IMG/VR virus record: IMGVR_UViG_3300026488_000011
Coordinates: 96,001 to 160,000 of that record
Length of the DNA stretch: 64,000 nt
Source: a virus
Reading direction: 5' to 3' (one strand)
Shown here: piece by piece, positions 29,872 to 39,587 of the stretch
Numbering within the stretch: position 1 is the first letter of the stretch
How the letters are laid out: the number at the start of each line of letters is the position of its first letter
Notes under the pieces: model-generated
Databases searched by the model: none
Seen by the model: the letters and a program-made list of their open reading frames with translations, nothing else
What the model was told of the DNA's origin: nothing
Position numbers and translations under genes: made by a program

Positions 29872-32298
29872 ATGAAGTTAGTAAAGTTACACTTGAAAGA
29901 TTATAATAGATTATCAGTGTCTGGAATAAGAGAGTTGATTTATAAACCAGAGAAAAAAATACAAGTCATACTCGGTACAAATGGATCAGGTAAGTCGTCC
30001 TTACTAAAAGAGATTCTTCCTAACGTGGATGGATTAAAAGAGGACTATGGAGAAAATGGTTTAAAGAAAGTGACGATAGAGCATAGAGATAACATCATAA
30101 ACATTTCCTATAACAGGAAAACTAATAAACACTCATTTGTTAAGAATGGAGAGGAATTAAATCCGTCCGGATTAATGAAAATACAGAAACAATTAATAGA
30201 TGATGAATTTGGTATCACTAAGGAGATAATGGAAATCTTATTATCTACTAATAGTTTTATACAAATGTCAGTAGGTGAGAGAAAAAAATGGTTTACAAAA
30301 ATATTATCGCATGTAGATTATGATTACGCGCTTAGTGTCTATAATAGAGCAAAAGATAGGGTAAAAGAATTACAATCCTTTATAAAATTAACACGTAGCA
30401 AACTTATCAAAGAGGAAAATGTCTTAAAAGAAGCCAGCAATGGTTATGAAGACAGTCTAAAGGAAAGACTTCAAATCCTAAATTCGTATTTAGAAAAACT
30501 GTTAGAAGCTAAAGAGCCTTACAATCAGTTTGATTTAGATTCCCTTTTATCAGAAATAAATCGATTAACACTAGATACAGAGGTTAAGCTTAACAAGTTG
30601 TTAGAAGCAGCTAGTACATATGGATTAGAATTAAGGAACGTAGATATCAAACTTACGTCTTTAAAGACTAAAAAAGATATGCTAGAGAAGAATAAAGAAG
30701 ATCTAACTTCTAAAATGGAAAAAGCAGAATCTCTAAAAATTGATAAAGGTGACAACCTTGAGCAGATTAAGAGCAGGATTAAAGATCTGGAAGAGAAGAA
30801 AAAGGAAATAGAGAACTTAATTCCTGTACGTGTAGATGATTATGGTTATTTGCTTAGAATATTTAACCAAATCTATATGGAGATAGTTGAAACAATAAAC
30901 CTCTTAGAAGACTATAATTCAGTAGACATTAAAGAAGAGAAGGAACTATTAGAGAAATCTAATAAAATAAAGACCGAATTAGAATTATTAGGAAAAAAGA
31001 TTAATAAACTAGAAGCCGAAATAAATCATTTAGAGGAACTTTCTAATCGAGGTAGTACTAAATGTCCTAAATGTGGTTATGAATGGATAGAGGGCTTCTC
31101 AGAGGCTAAATTAAAACTATTAAAAGAATCCTTGAATAAACTAAACGTTAAGAAGCAGATGTTAGAAGAAGAGTATGGTAAGATAGAAGATCTGCTGACG
31201 AAAATTAAAGAGAAGAAAGATCTTCTTATACGGCTTAAGTCTTATCTTAGTCAATTTGATAAGCCCGTATACGACTACCTACTCCATGATGGGTTAAAAG
31301 GACTGAGAGAAAAACTTACGTCTATGACAATACTAGTAGATAAGATACCTCTACTAAAACAGATAGAAGATGAACTACTGGATTTAACGTATAAAAAATC
31401 CATTTTAGAAAAAATGGACAATGAGAAACTTAATAAAATTTTAGACAGAGTAGAAGAGATAAAAAACGAATACAGCAAGGTTATTAAAGAGCTGAATACC
31501 GTAACTGAAGAAATAGATAGACTAAAGAAATTCTCTGCAGCGTTAGACACAGTAAACAAGCAAGTAGAAACACTGAAAAGTTTACTTAGGGAATATAGAA
31601 AGAATAGTAAAGAGATAGTAAAACAGTATAAAAATGAATTCATAAGCAAAGTTATTTATGAGCTAAAAAAACTGATAAGCGAAGCTGAATCAGAGTTAAT
31701 AGAATTTAAGAATGCTAAGAAAAGATTTATGGCTTTGACAGATGAACTTAAAGAATATGAAGAGCGTCTTAAAATAATGAAAGAAGTAACTGAACTCCTA
31801 TCACCTACTAAAGGAATAATTGGTAAGTCAGTAGTGAAGATAATAAACACGGTATTAGAAGAAATGAACGATATTATTAACCGTGTATGGAGTTATGAAA
31901 TAAGGATACTTCCTTGTAATATAGAAGAGAATGATCTTAATTTCAGATTCCCTGTCTTAATAAACGGAAACAGAGAGATACCTGATGTTAGTAAAGGTAG
32001 TAGCAGTATTAAAGAGATTATAGACTTAGCGTTTAAAATAGTAGCTATGAAGCACTTAAATATGTTGGATTATCCATTAATACTAGATGAGTTTGGAAGG
32101 ACTATGGACGAGACACATAGGATCAGAGCATACGAGTTTATAGAGGATATATCTGAAAAGTATTTTTCTCAGATATACCTAGTGGCGCATTTTGAATCAC
32201 TATACAGTAGGTTTACTGATGTGGATTTGGTGGTGTTGAATGACGAAAATCTTACAATAGATACGAAAGATGTAAATAAGGTAATTACTTTAAAATAA
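29872..32298 (+). CDS. sbcC: SbcC/Rad50-like SMC-family ATPase
   Basis: Walker A GTNGSGKS, coiled coils, Zn-hook CPKCG, signature SKGSS, Walker B LILDEFG, H-loop VAH. Confidence 0.9.
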   Translation: MKLVKLHLKDYNRLSVSGIRELIYKPEKKIQVILGTNGSGKSSLLKEILPNVDGLKEDYGENGLKKVTIEHRDNIINISYNRKTNKHSFVKNGEELNPSGLMKIQKQLIDDEFGITKEIMEILLSTNSFIQMSVGERKKWFTKILSHVDYDYALSVYNRAKDRVKELQSFIKLTRSKLIKEENVLKEASNGYEDSLKERLQILNSYLEKLLEAKEPYNQFDLDSLLSEINRLTLDTEVKLNKLLEAASTYGLELRNVDIKLTSLKTKKDMLEKNKEDLTSKMEKAESLKIDKGDNLEQIKSRIKDLEEKKKEIENLIPVRVDDYGYLLRIFNQIYMEIVETINLLEDYNSVDIKEEKELLEKSNKIKTELELLGKKINKLEAEINHLEELSNRGSTKCPKCGYEWIEGFSEAKLKLLKESLNKLNVKKQMLEEEYGKIEDLLTKIKEKKDLLIRLKSYLSQFDKPVYDYLLHDGLKGLREKLTSMTILVDKIPLLKQIEDELLDLTYKKSILEKMDNEKLNKILDRVEEIKNEYSKVIKELNTVTEEIDRLKKFSAALDTVNKQVETLKSLLREYRKNSKEIVKQYKNEFISKVIYELKKLISEAESELIEFKNAKKRFMALTDELKEYEERLKIMKEVTELLSPTKGIIGKSVVKIINTVLEEMNDIINRVWSYEIRILPCNIEENDLNFRFPVLINGNREIPDVSKGSSSIKEIIDLAFKIVAMKHLNMLDYPLILDEFGRTMDETHRIRAYEFIEDISEKYFSQIYLVAHFESLYSRFTDVDLVVLNDENLTIDTKDVNKVITLK

Positions 32299-32311
32299 GA
32301 AAGGAGATGAA

Positions 32312-32842
32312 ATGGCAATCGTATTTGAGGTAAATCCAGAGAAAATAATGAAAGAATACAGCGAACTAAACTCTTTAGATTTTTACAGTATGGATTTAAG
32401 AAAAATTAAAAAGACTTATAACAGAATATGTGAGTTAGTAAAAGAGACTAAGAACACCATAAAAGCATTTGATATATTATTACATTCTAAGTATAACGAG
32501 AGGGATAGTTCTTTCAGGAGGAAGAAAAGTATTAAGGAAAGAAAGAAACCAAAACAAGCCCTAACAAAATTACTAGCCGTGTTTAGACCACGTGCATTTG
32601 ATATAAATGAAAACACTATAGATGGTTCGTATATCACATATCATAGTCTTAGGATGTTTGATACTGTCTATGTTAGATACAATGGGGAATATGTATCAGA
32701 TGTAAACGAACTAAAAACTAGATATGTGAAAATTCTAGAAGATCTAAGAACATTAGCTAAATATATACAACAAGAACATCTTAATTCTAGTAGCAAGTGT
32801 AAAAGAGTGTTTCTACAAAGATCGTTACCGTTAGAATATTAA
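32312..32842 (+). CDS. Hypothetical protein (176 aa)
   Basis: ORF with AAGGAG RBS. Confidence 0.6.
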   Translation: MAIVFEVNPEKIMKEYSELNSLDFYSMDLRKIKKTYNRICELVKETKNTIKAFDILLHSKYNERDSSFRRKKSIKERKKPKQALTKLLAVFRPRAFDINENTIDGSYITYHSLRMFDTVYVRYNGEYVSDVNELKTRYVKILEDLRTLAKYIQQEHLNSSSKCKRVFLQRSLPLEY

Positions 32843-32844
32843 CC

Positions 32845-32871
32845 AGACCAGTAGGAGAATCCTACTGGTCT
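32845..32871. terminator. Bidirectional hairpin between convergent genes
   Basis: 12-bp perfect stem AGACCAGTAGGA/TCCTACTGGTCT. Confidence 0.65.
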
Positions 32872-33467
32872 AATTTCTTCACTAATGTCTCTATTTTAGT
32901 TTTCATCTCTTTTACTAATTTTTCTAGATCTTTCACTATCAGTCTACATGGCTTATTGTTAACGATTTTAGCCTTTCTGTTACTTTCAAATGTATTATAT
33001 TCGTCTACTGTGTATAATAAGGTATTACTTGTGTTTAGTAGTAATACCTCTGGTTCAATACCGTAATATGCTTTTACCAGATCGGATATTTCTTCTAGTA
33101 AGAAATTGAAATCTTGATCATCCGGTACTACTCCTAAATCTACCGCGATTGTTTTCTTCCTAAATGCCTTACCTGTTACGTCTGGTATAGATTTTAGATA
33201 ATTGACAGGTATGTACAGATATTGTCCATCAGGACTCAATAATGTTACTATCGGGATATCATTGTTTACCGCATATTCGTAGTCCTCTTGCGTGAGACCT
33301 AATTTCAGATATATGTCATTCAGCACATCTTCGTTACTAGCTACCATCTCCTTTATAGATCTTACACTTAAGACCTTATAGTTAGTATCAGGGTTTAAAT
33401 AATCGGCTATAGGTTCTTTTAGTCTAAACTGACCTATACTGCCTATTACTGGGATTAAGTAGTCCAT
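32862..33467 (-). CDS. Hypothetical, probably virion protein (201 aa)
   Basis: ORF; P.IGS.G.F.LK.P start resembles a jumbo-phage family (recalled). Confidence 0.55.
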   Translation of the reverse strand: MDYLIPVIGSIGQFRLKEPIADYLNPDTNYKVLSVRSIKEMVASNEDVLNDIYLKLGLTQEDYEYAVNNDIPIVTLLSPDGQYLYIPVNYLKSIPDVTGKAFRKKTIAVDLGVVPDDQDFNFLLEEISDLVKAYYGIEPEVLLLNTSNTLLYTVDEYNTFESNRKAKIVNNKPCRLIVKDLEKLVKEMKTKIETLVKKLDQ

Positions 33468-33570
33468 TCCATATCCTTTTTGTTATAACTTTTTTTATTC
33501 AGAGAAACTGTATATATTATTTATACCTAACAACATTTTCTGAATAAACATCATATTAGAAAGGTAACCC

Positions 33571-34977
33571 ATGAATACTTTAGTAATTTATACAGACGGT
33601 GCATGTAAGAGAAATCCAGGACCAGCGGGATATGGTGCTCATATGTTAGTGACTGATAAGAATATTAAACCTAAGCAAATATTATCCAAGTACAAATTAA
33701 CCAACAAAGGATACATAGCTAAAAATCTTTTAAAAGTTAATAAACCTGATGATGTCGAAGAAGTAGGATTAAGACAAGTAGTTGATATATTTGGTTATAC
33801 AAATTCTGATACTAACAATAGAGCAGAACTAGATGGCGTTATCCAGTCTTTACTTTATTTCATAAATGTTAAAGCTATAGATGATACATTTGAAGATATT
33901 ACTAAGGTAGTAATCAGGACAGACTCTAATTACGTAATAGGTATGATTGCTAAACTAGAAGATCCTGATCTAGGTATTAACGAGATAGTGGCTAACCAAG
34001 ACAAGGCTAAGGAGTTAGATAAGATACTTAGAATCCTTAGGGAGAAAAATATTGAGTTGGAAATGCTGAGAGTAGCTGGTCATTCTGGAGACTTAGGGAA
34101 TGATAGAGCTGATTTATTAGCTAACATGGGTGCTTATGCCAATATTCGTGGTCTGGATGAACAGGTCATCATTTCAGATACCGGAAATAATTACTGGAAA
34201 TTAGAATCTGATAGACCTCCTCTGTTAGACAATAAACTATTATTTAGATACAGCAATGAAGTAAATGATAAAGATCTGTACTATTACGGATTAAACTACG
34301 ATGAAGATGATCAAATAGGTAAAAGAAGTGCTGATGTCATTTACCAAGTTTATCATACTCCTGAACCAGTGGATAAAATAAATGAAATTTCTACTCTTTT
34401 CAATAGCCTAACAGAAAAGCTGGTAATACCTTATACAATAAACTTAGATAATTTATATCATAAGCAAATTTCTAAGAATCTTAATTACTACAAAGAATAC
34501 TATTTGTTAACCGAACATAAAACAAAAAGAAAAGTAGTAACTGTAGACGGAATAGAGTTAGCTTCAGAAGTCTACCCTCCTAGTTTATCTATGCTGGCTT
34601 TAGAAATCTCTGATTACTTAAAGAACATATTAAAAGACTATATCGAGGATACGTTACGTCCGCATATTACTACGTTAGATATTACTAATGAGTTCTATAA
34701 TTTAGGAGATAAGACTACTCTTAAAAAAGAAGTTAAAAATAAAGATGTTATAAAAGTAAAGGTAGGAAAAGGACATGCTAAGATAGTAACAGGTTTAGAC
34801 ACACCTAAGCGTAACAGTATGAAGAAGATAGAAAAGTTAAATCCTAAAGTAGAGTTAATCCTGATCGATAGAAAGCAGGTGATTGAGTTTTTCACGATTA
34901 CTAGCTACGATGGTGAGAATGGTAGAGAATATCTTTTAGTGGATAATCATTATGCTAACATAGTATTAAAACATTGA
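33571..34977 (+). CDS. rnhA: RNase H with long C-terminal extension (phiKZ-type)
   Basis: YTDGAC..NPGPAG, TNNRAEL, TDSNYV, VAGHSG..GNDRAD.LA. Confidence 0.9.
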   Translation: MNTLVIYTDGACKRNPGPAGYGAHMLVTDKNIKPKQILSKYKLTNKGYIAKNLLKVNKPDDVEEVGLRQVVDIFGYTNSDTNNRAELDGVIQSLLYFINVKAIDDTFEDITKVVIRTDSNYVIGMIAKLEDPDLGINEIVANQDKAKELDKILRILREKNIELEMLRVAGHSGDLGNDRADLLANMGAYANIRGLDEQVIISDTGNNYWKLESDRPPLLDNKLLFRYSNEVNDKDLYYYGLNYDEDDQIGKRSADVIYQVYHTPEPVDKINEISTLFNSLTEKLVIPYTINLDNLYHKQISKNLNYYKEYYLLTEHKTKRKVVTVDGIELASEVYPPSLSMLALEISDYLKNILKDYIEDTLRPHITTLDITNEFYNLGDKTTLKKEVKNKDVIKVKVGKGHAKIVTGLDTPKRNSMKKIEKLNPKVELILIDRKQVIEFFTITSYDGENGREYLLVDNHYANIVLKH

Positions 34978-35002
34978 CAGGGTTTTATTTCCCTGTCAAT
35001 GT
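34971..35002. terminator. Bidirectional hairpin between convergent genes
   Basis: 12-bp perfect stem ACATTGACAGGG/CCCTGTCAATGT spanning both stop codons. Confidence 0.65.
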
Positions 35003-35911
35003 CATAAATTTCTCTACTAGGTTTGATTTAAAGTCGTTTATTTTCTTAGCTATTTTTTCTAACTCTTTAGGTTCTTGATTTATTATCAAATTAGATATCA
35101 TTACCATAATGTCTACTAGATTTGTATATAGGAAGAATAGTAAACCGATTGCTGTAGAATATTCTGCTAAGGCTAAAAGATATTGACTCAATAACTGTGC
35201 TGTTTCCTTATCGTCTCTTAGCTTAGGCATCAATCCTTTTACTAAATCAGATAACTCTACTACTCCTTCCATGATTCTTTCTAATTCTTCTAATCTATAG
35301 TTTTTACCTAGTGTAAGTGTTTTATTAATTAGTTCGGGTATACTGCTTACATTACTTACTAATTTTCTTAATTCTACTCTGTCTCTTATTACCTTGTCTT
35401 CTCTTATCTTTTCTATATCTGTTAAGATTCTCTCCACCCTATTTTTTATCTCTTCTAGTTCCTTAGTATTTCCTATGTCAGTAGATTTTATTCTGTTGCT
35501 TAGTAGAATATTATCTATTCTGTTTTTTACTTCTTCTAAGACGTTTTTGAAATTCTCTATATCGTTTATATGTAAGATAAGGACATTTACTAGTTCGTTT
35601 AAATTAGCTTTTAATCCAGCTATGGTAGGTACTTTTACACTCAACAGTTCAGGTGTGACAGCTCCATTATTAATAGCTTTTAAAACAGCAGGCTTTAATT
35701 TAGCTAGCTTTTTAACATTACTAGTCCTAGTGTTGTATTTTACCATCTCATCCGCTATTACCTTAGTGGTCTGTATATAACGAATTAGTTTTACAAATTT
35801 GTCGTAAAGCAAAGTATCGAGTTCTTTTATTACATCAATTATACCTTCATTACCCTCTACAATATCTAATTCATTTTTACTATGTTTAATAAATAAATCC
35901 AACGTATCCAT
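34985..35911 (-). CDS. Helical hypothetical protein, possibly virion/inner-body (308 aa)
   Basis: ORF with AAGGAG RBS; helical composition. Confidence 0.55.
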   Translation of the reverse strand: MDTLDLFIKHSKNELDIVEGNEGIIDVIKELDTLLYDKFVKLIRYIQTTKVIADEMVKYNTRTSNVKKLAKLKPAVLKAINNGAVTPELLSVKVPTIAGLKANLNELVNVLILHINDIENFKNVLEEVKNRIDNILLSNRIKSTDIGNTKELEEIKNRVERILTDIEKIREDKVIRDRVELRKLVSNVSSIPELINKTLTLGKNYRLEELERIMEGVVELSDLVKGLMPKLRDDKETAQLLSQYLLALAEYSTAIGLLFFLYTNLVDIMVMISNLIINQEPKELEKIAKKINDFKSNLVEKFMTLTGK

Positions 35912-35963
35912 TATTTCTCCTTAATTTTATAATTTCACAAAAAAGAAAATAGATGTACCGGTT

Positions 35964-36626
35964 TTACTTAACCGGTACATATTTAATTAGTTGTTTATAA
36001 GGGATAGGTTCTGTTAGGTAAATTTCTAGTTGAGGCAATGCGTCACCTAACATGTTCTTATCACCTTTTTCTATTTGGAAGTCTACTAGTTCTTGTACAT
36101 CCCAGTTTTGTTCCTCTACATATTTCTTAGCTTCATCTACTGTCATGAAGTAAGGAATACCTAGCTTATCATAAATCTCTCTCATATTCTGTTCGTAAGC
36201 TAGGAAAGCATCATCGATGTTCATTTTTCTAAATTGTTTTCTCCATTTATCAGCTACTTTTTCAGTTTCTAAAATTACTTTTTTAAGTCCTGATAGATGT
36301 ACATATTTTACCTTATCTTTGTGTTCTTCTAAGTCGGCCATGTAACTACAAGATTGTCCAATATCAAATTTCCTAAATCCTGCATTTACTAATTGTTTAA
36401 TATGTTCGTCTGTTAACAAGAACGGGAAAACATGCACCACATGAATGTGGATACTTGAGTAATAAATCCCTCTGGTCTTAAACATATTGTCTACTACCTG
36501 TTTATACTTAGGGTCTTCTAGTGCAATAACACTTACCGGTCTGATACTAGGATATCCGCATTTACCGAATAGGTATACAGGAAATCCTCCACTGGTCGCT
36601 GACGCGTATTTGTCTAAGAAATCCAT
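35964..36626 (-). CDS. Hypothetical protein (220 aa)
   Basis: ORF with RBS and upstream TATATAAT. Confidence 0.65.
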   Translation of the reverse strand: MDFLDKYASATSGGFPVYLFGKCGYPSIRPVSVIALEDPKYKQVVDNMFKTRGIYYSSIHIHVVHVFPFLLTDEHIKQLVNAGFRKFDIGQSCSYMADLEEHKDKVKYVHLSGLKKVILETEKVADKWRKQFRKMNIDDAFLAYEQNMREIYDKLGIPYFMTVDEAKKYVEEQNWDVQELVDFQIEKGDKNMLGDALPQLEIYLTEPIPYKQLIKYVPVK

Positions 36627-36739
36627 TTTTCTCTCCTTATTAGTTGTTTACATCACTAGATGGTAAATTTACCACCTTCTTATAAATTATATATGAGTAT
36701 TTTATGTTAACTCTAAAGTGATCTGATAAAGGAGAATAG

Positions 36740-37561
36740 ATGGTAAGAAAGTTATTAGTTATAATGTTGTTATTAATAGGTTTATTGTTCGACATAAGTC
36801 ATGCCGGGACTAAATGTTCTGTTAAAGATTACATACCTGAAAAAGCCAAAGAGTTATTACCTACTATTTATAAAGAAGTAAATAGAATCATAGGAGAAGA
36901 CTTTAAATATCCATATTACTTTCCCGCATTAATAGAACATGAAAGTTGTGTCGTTTTGTGTGGTAAAGGTTACTGGGCTAAAAGATGTTGGTCTCCTAAA
37001 TCTAGATTAAAAACAAAAAGAGAAGAAGGAGCAGGTTTCTTTCAACTTACTAGGACATTTACCAGAACAGGTAGAGTAAAATGGGATATAATTTCCTACT
37101 TAAAGAAACTTTATCCCAAAGAGTTAAGCGAACTTAACTGGAATAATGTATATGATAGACCCGATCTACAAATTAAAGCAGGTTTACTATTATGGAAGAG
37201 AAACTTTGAAAGATTTAGCAAAAATATTCCGTTGGATACTAGATTAGCATTTTCAGATTCTGTATATAACGGTGGTTTTAGATGGTTTAATAAAGAGAGG
37301 AGTCTTTGTAAAATGAAGAAGGGATGTGATCCTAATAGATGGTTTGGACATGTAGAAAAGATAAAGAGCAAGAGAGCTATTAGAAAACTATATGGTGATA
37401 GAACAGCATGGGATATAAATAGACACCATGTAAGAGATGTGATTAAGGTAAGATTACCTAAGTATGAAAAAGACTACGAAGAAAACTTTAAGAAAGAAAA
37501 AGTAAAAACATTGCAAGAGATTTTGGAAGAATTATTGGAAGAAGACAACTGGGACTATTAA
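36740..37561 (+). CDS. Lytic transglycosylase-like endolysin with N-terminal signal peptide
   Basis: Signal MVRKLLVIMLLLIGLLFDISHA; catalytic IEHES, GAGFFQLT, VYNGG motifs. Confidence 0.75.
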   Translation: MVRKLLVIMLLLIGLLFDISHAGTKCSVKDYIPEKAKELLPTIYKEVNRIIGEDFKYPYYFPALIEHESCVVLCGKGYWAKRCWSPKSRLKTKREEGAGFFQLTRTFTRTGRVKWDIISYLKKLYPKELSELNWNNVYDRPDLQIKAGLLLWKRNFERFSKNIPLDTRLAFSDSVYNGGFRWFNKERSLCKMKKGCDPNRWFGHVEKIKSKRAIRKLYGDRTAWDINRHHVRDVIKVRLPKYEKDYEENFKKEKVKTLQEILEELLEEDNWDY

Positions 37562-37684
37562 TCTATTGGTTGTCTTTTTCCATGTCATGTCCAGCTAACC
37601 TCGATCTTGAGAATTCTTCTCTTTGAAATTGCTTTAACAAATAATAAAAGTATAGATATGGAGCAACAGCTCCATATCTAGATA

Positions 37685-38017
37685 TTAAATCATTTTCATT
37701 ATAGCGGCAGCTATGATGATAGCCCCAGCTAATAAATTAATGCTTCTGGCTAATAGTGCAATACTGGATGCTTTTGGATCTTGTTTAGCTTTCTCCACTA
37801 GATCTCTAGGCTTTCCGTAGACAGGATCTATAAAGTAATCATATAGCACTTCCAATATCCAGTGTCCTGTAGCTGCTACTACTATCATCCCAGACGCCAA
37901 TATCAAAGGCGCTCCAAAAGATATATTTTGGAATAATTTTGTATCTGGATCTGTTCCTAAAAAATATATAGGAAATGCAATTACTACTAGTAAACCTATT
38001 AACGTTCTTTTACTCAT
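37685..38017 (-). CDS. Small membrane protein with 2-3 TM helices (holin candidate)
   Basis: Three hydrophobic stretches; adjacent to the endolysin. Confidence 0.5.
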   Translation of the reverse strand: MSKRTLIGLLVVIAFPIYFLGTDPDTKLFQNISFGAPLILASGMIVVAATGHWILEVLYDYFIDPVYGKPRDLVEKAKQDPKASSIALLARSINLLAGAIIIAAAIMKMI

Positions 38018-38445
38018 GTTCTATTTCCTTCCTCTAGAGCAATTATTTCTTCACCACATCTCAGAATATCCATTCTCTTCAACTTTCTGTCCATAATTAA
38101 TTTAATACCTATTTCTTTTAAAGCATCTTTAATATTGCATATATCTGCTTTTTCATTTACAAAGATCAGTAGGGTATCTTGAGATTCTTTCTTAAATGCG
38201 ATTAGATTTGACCATAACTTTAGTTTTTTGTTTTTAAAGTAATTCTCGAACATTTCTCTCACAGTCCTAGGACCTAATCCAGTATCTATAGTAGTATTTA
38301 GCAAATCAGCATATCTAGTACTATCCATTAGTATTCTACAGAACATAATGTCGTTTAGTTTAGTATGTAATCTAACAACAGGTTTGAAGCCAGCTGGTAT
38401 CTTCTCCATATTTCCTCCAATTATTTTAATCATAAAATCGAACAA
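38014..38445 (-). CDS. Hypothetical protein (143 aa)
   Basis: ORF between nrdB and the membrane gene. Confidence 0.55.
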   Translation of the reverse strand: MFDFMIKIIGGNMEKIPAGFKPVVRLHTKLNDIMFCRILMDSTRYADLLNTTIDTGLGPRTVREMFENYFKNKKLKLWSNLIAFKKESQDTLLIFVNEKADICNIKDALKEIGIKLIMDRKLKRMDILRCGEEIIALEEGNRT

Positions 38446-38456
38446 GTAAAGACGGA

Positions 38457-39497
38457 TTAGAAATCGTTTAGATCTATTCCTCCCTTACTATAATTAACCA
38501 CATTACCTTCAAAGAAGTTTGTTTTTTGTTCGTTAAAGCTACTAAAACTATCAAACCAGGTAATAGGATTTTTGAGACCTACATCCGGGAATAACAGTTC
38601 TATGCCCATAGCCTGGGCTCTTTTATTTACAAGATATTTTGTAAATCTATCGATAAGTTCCTTACTAGTTCCTAATATTTCATCATTAGTAATATACCAA
38701 CCCCAATCTCTCTCAAGCTCGTATGCTGCGTATAACATATCCTTTATGTTCTTTATAACTTCAGGTGTGAATAAATCAGGATATTCTTTCTTGATTTCTT
38801 TAAATATATTTGCGAATAACGCAGTATGTGTTACTTCATCGCGTTGGATAAATCTGATCATCTGTGAACTACCTATCATCTTACCAGCTCTTGCTAGTAG
38901 GTAGAAAGCACTAAATCCGTTGTAGAAATAAACACCTTCTAAAGCTTGGTTAGCTACAATCATATATATCTTAGCTTCATCATCACCTTCTAAAGCTTTC
39001 TTACCCCATTCCTCATATACGTTACCTATAAATTCATTTTTCTTTCTGAGTTGCTCATCAGCTCTCCACATTTCATAAATACCATCAGTATCTAAAGATA
39101 TACTATCTACCATTACTGCATAACTTTGACTATGCAAAGCTTCTTCGTATGCTTGCCTTACAATACACATATTTACTTCAGGAGCAGTGATCCATGGATT
39201 TACATTATCAGGTGTGTTATTAGTCTGGATAGAATCCATAAAGATAAGTTGGCTTAATGCCTTATCATACATTCTTTTTTCAGCTGGTGTTAGTTGCTTA
39301 TATTGTTTAGCATCCTCTGTTAAATCAACCTCTCTAGGAAACCATGTATTAGCTAACATCACTTCCCATAGGTTGTAGGCCCATGGATAACTTAGCTTGT
39401 TTAAGTTAATAATCCCCTCTGTACATCCGTTTATAATAGAAGTAGTACTTCCTTTATGCATAGGACAATTATAATTAAATAATTTTTTTGTGTTCAT
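38457..39497 (-). CDS. nrdB: Ribonucleotide reductase class Ia beta subunit
   Basis: NTWFPREVDL.ED, EALHSQSY (radical Tyr), LEGVYFYNGF, RDEVTH, NFFEGNV..Y. Confidence 0.95.
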   Translation of the reverse strand: MNTKKLFNYNCPMHKGSTTSIINGCTEGIINLNKLSYPWAYNLWEVMLANTWFPREVDLTEDAKQYKQLTPAEKRMYDKALSQLIFMDSIQTNNTPDNVNPWITAPEVNMCIVRQAYEEALHSQSYAVMVDSISLDTDGIYEMWRADEQLRKKNEFIGNVYEEWGKKALEGDDEAKIYMIVANQALEGVYFYNGFSAFYLLARAGKMIGSSQMIRFIQRDEVTHTALFANIFKEIKKEYPDLFTPEVIKNIKDMLYAAYELERDWGWYITNDEILGTSKELIDRFTKYLVNKRAQAMGIELLFPDVGLKNPITWFDSFSSFNEQKTNFFEGNVVNYSKGGIDLNDF

Positions 39498-39554
39498 GTT
39501 CTCTCCTTATTCTAATTTTAGTCATGATAGGATAGAGGGATAAAAAATAAATGC

Positions 39555-39582
39555 ACAGAGAGATATTTGAATATCTCTCTGT
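39555..39582 (-). terminator. Putative terminator between nrdA and nrdB
   Basis: 12-bp perfect stem ACAGAGAGATAT/ATATCTCTCTGT followed by U-rich tract on the minus strand. Confidence 0.6.
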
Positions 39583-39587
39583 ATCTC

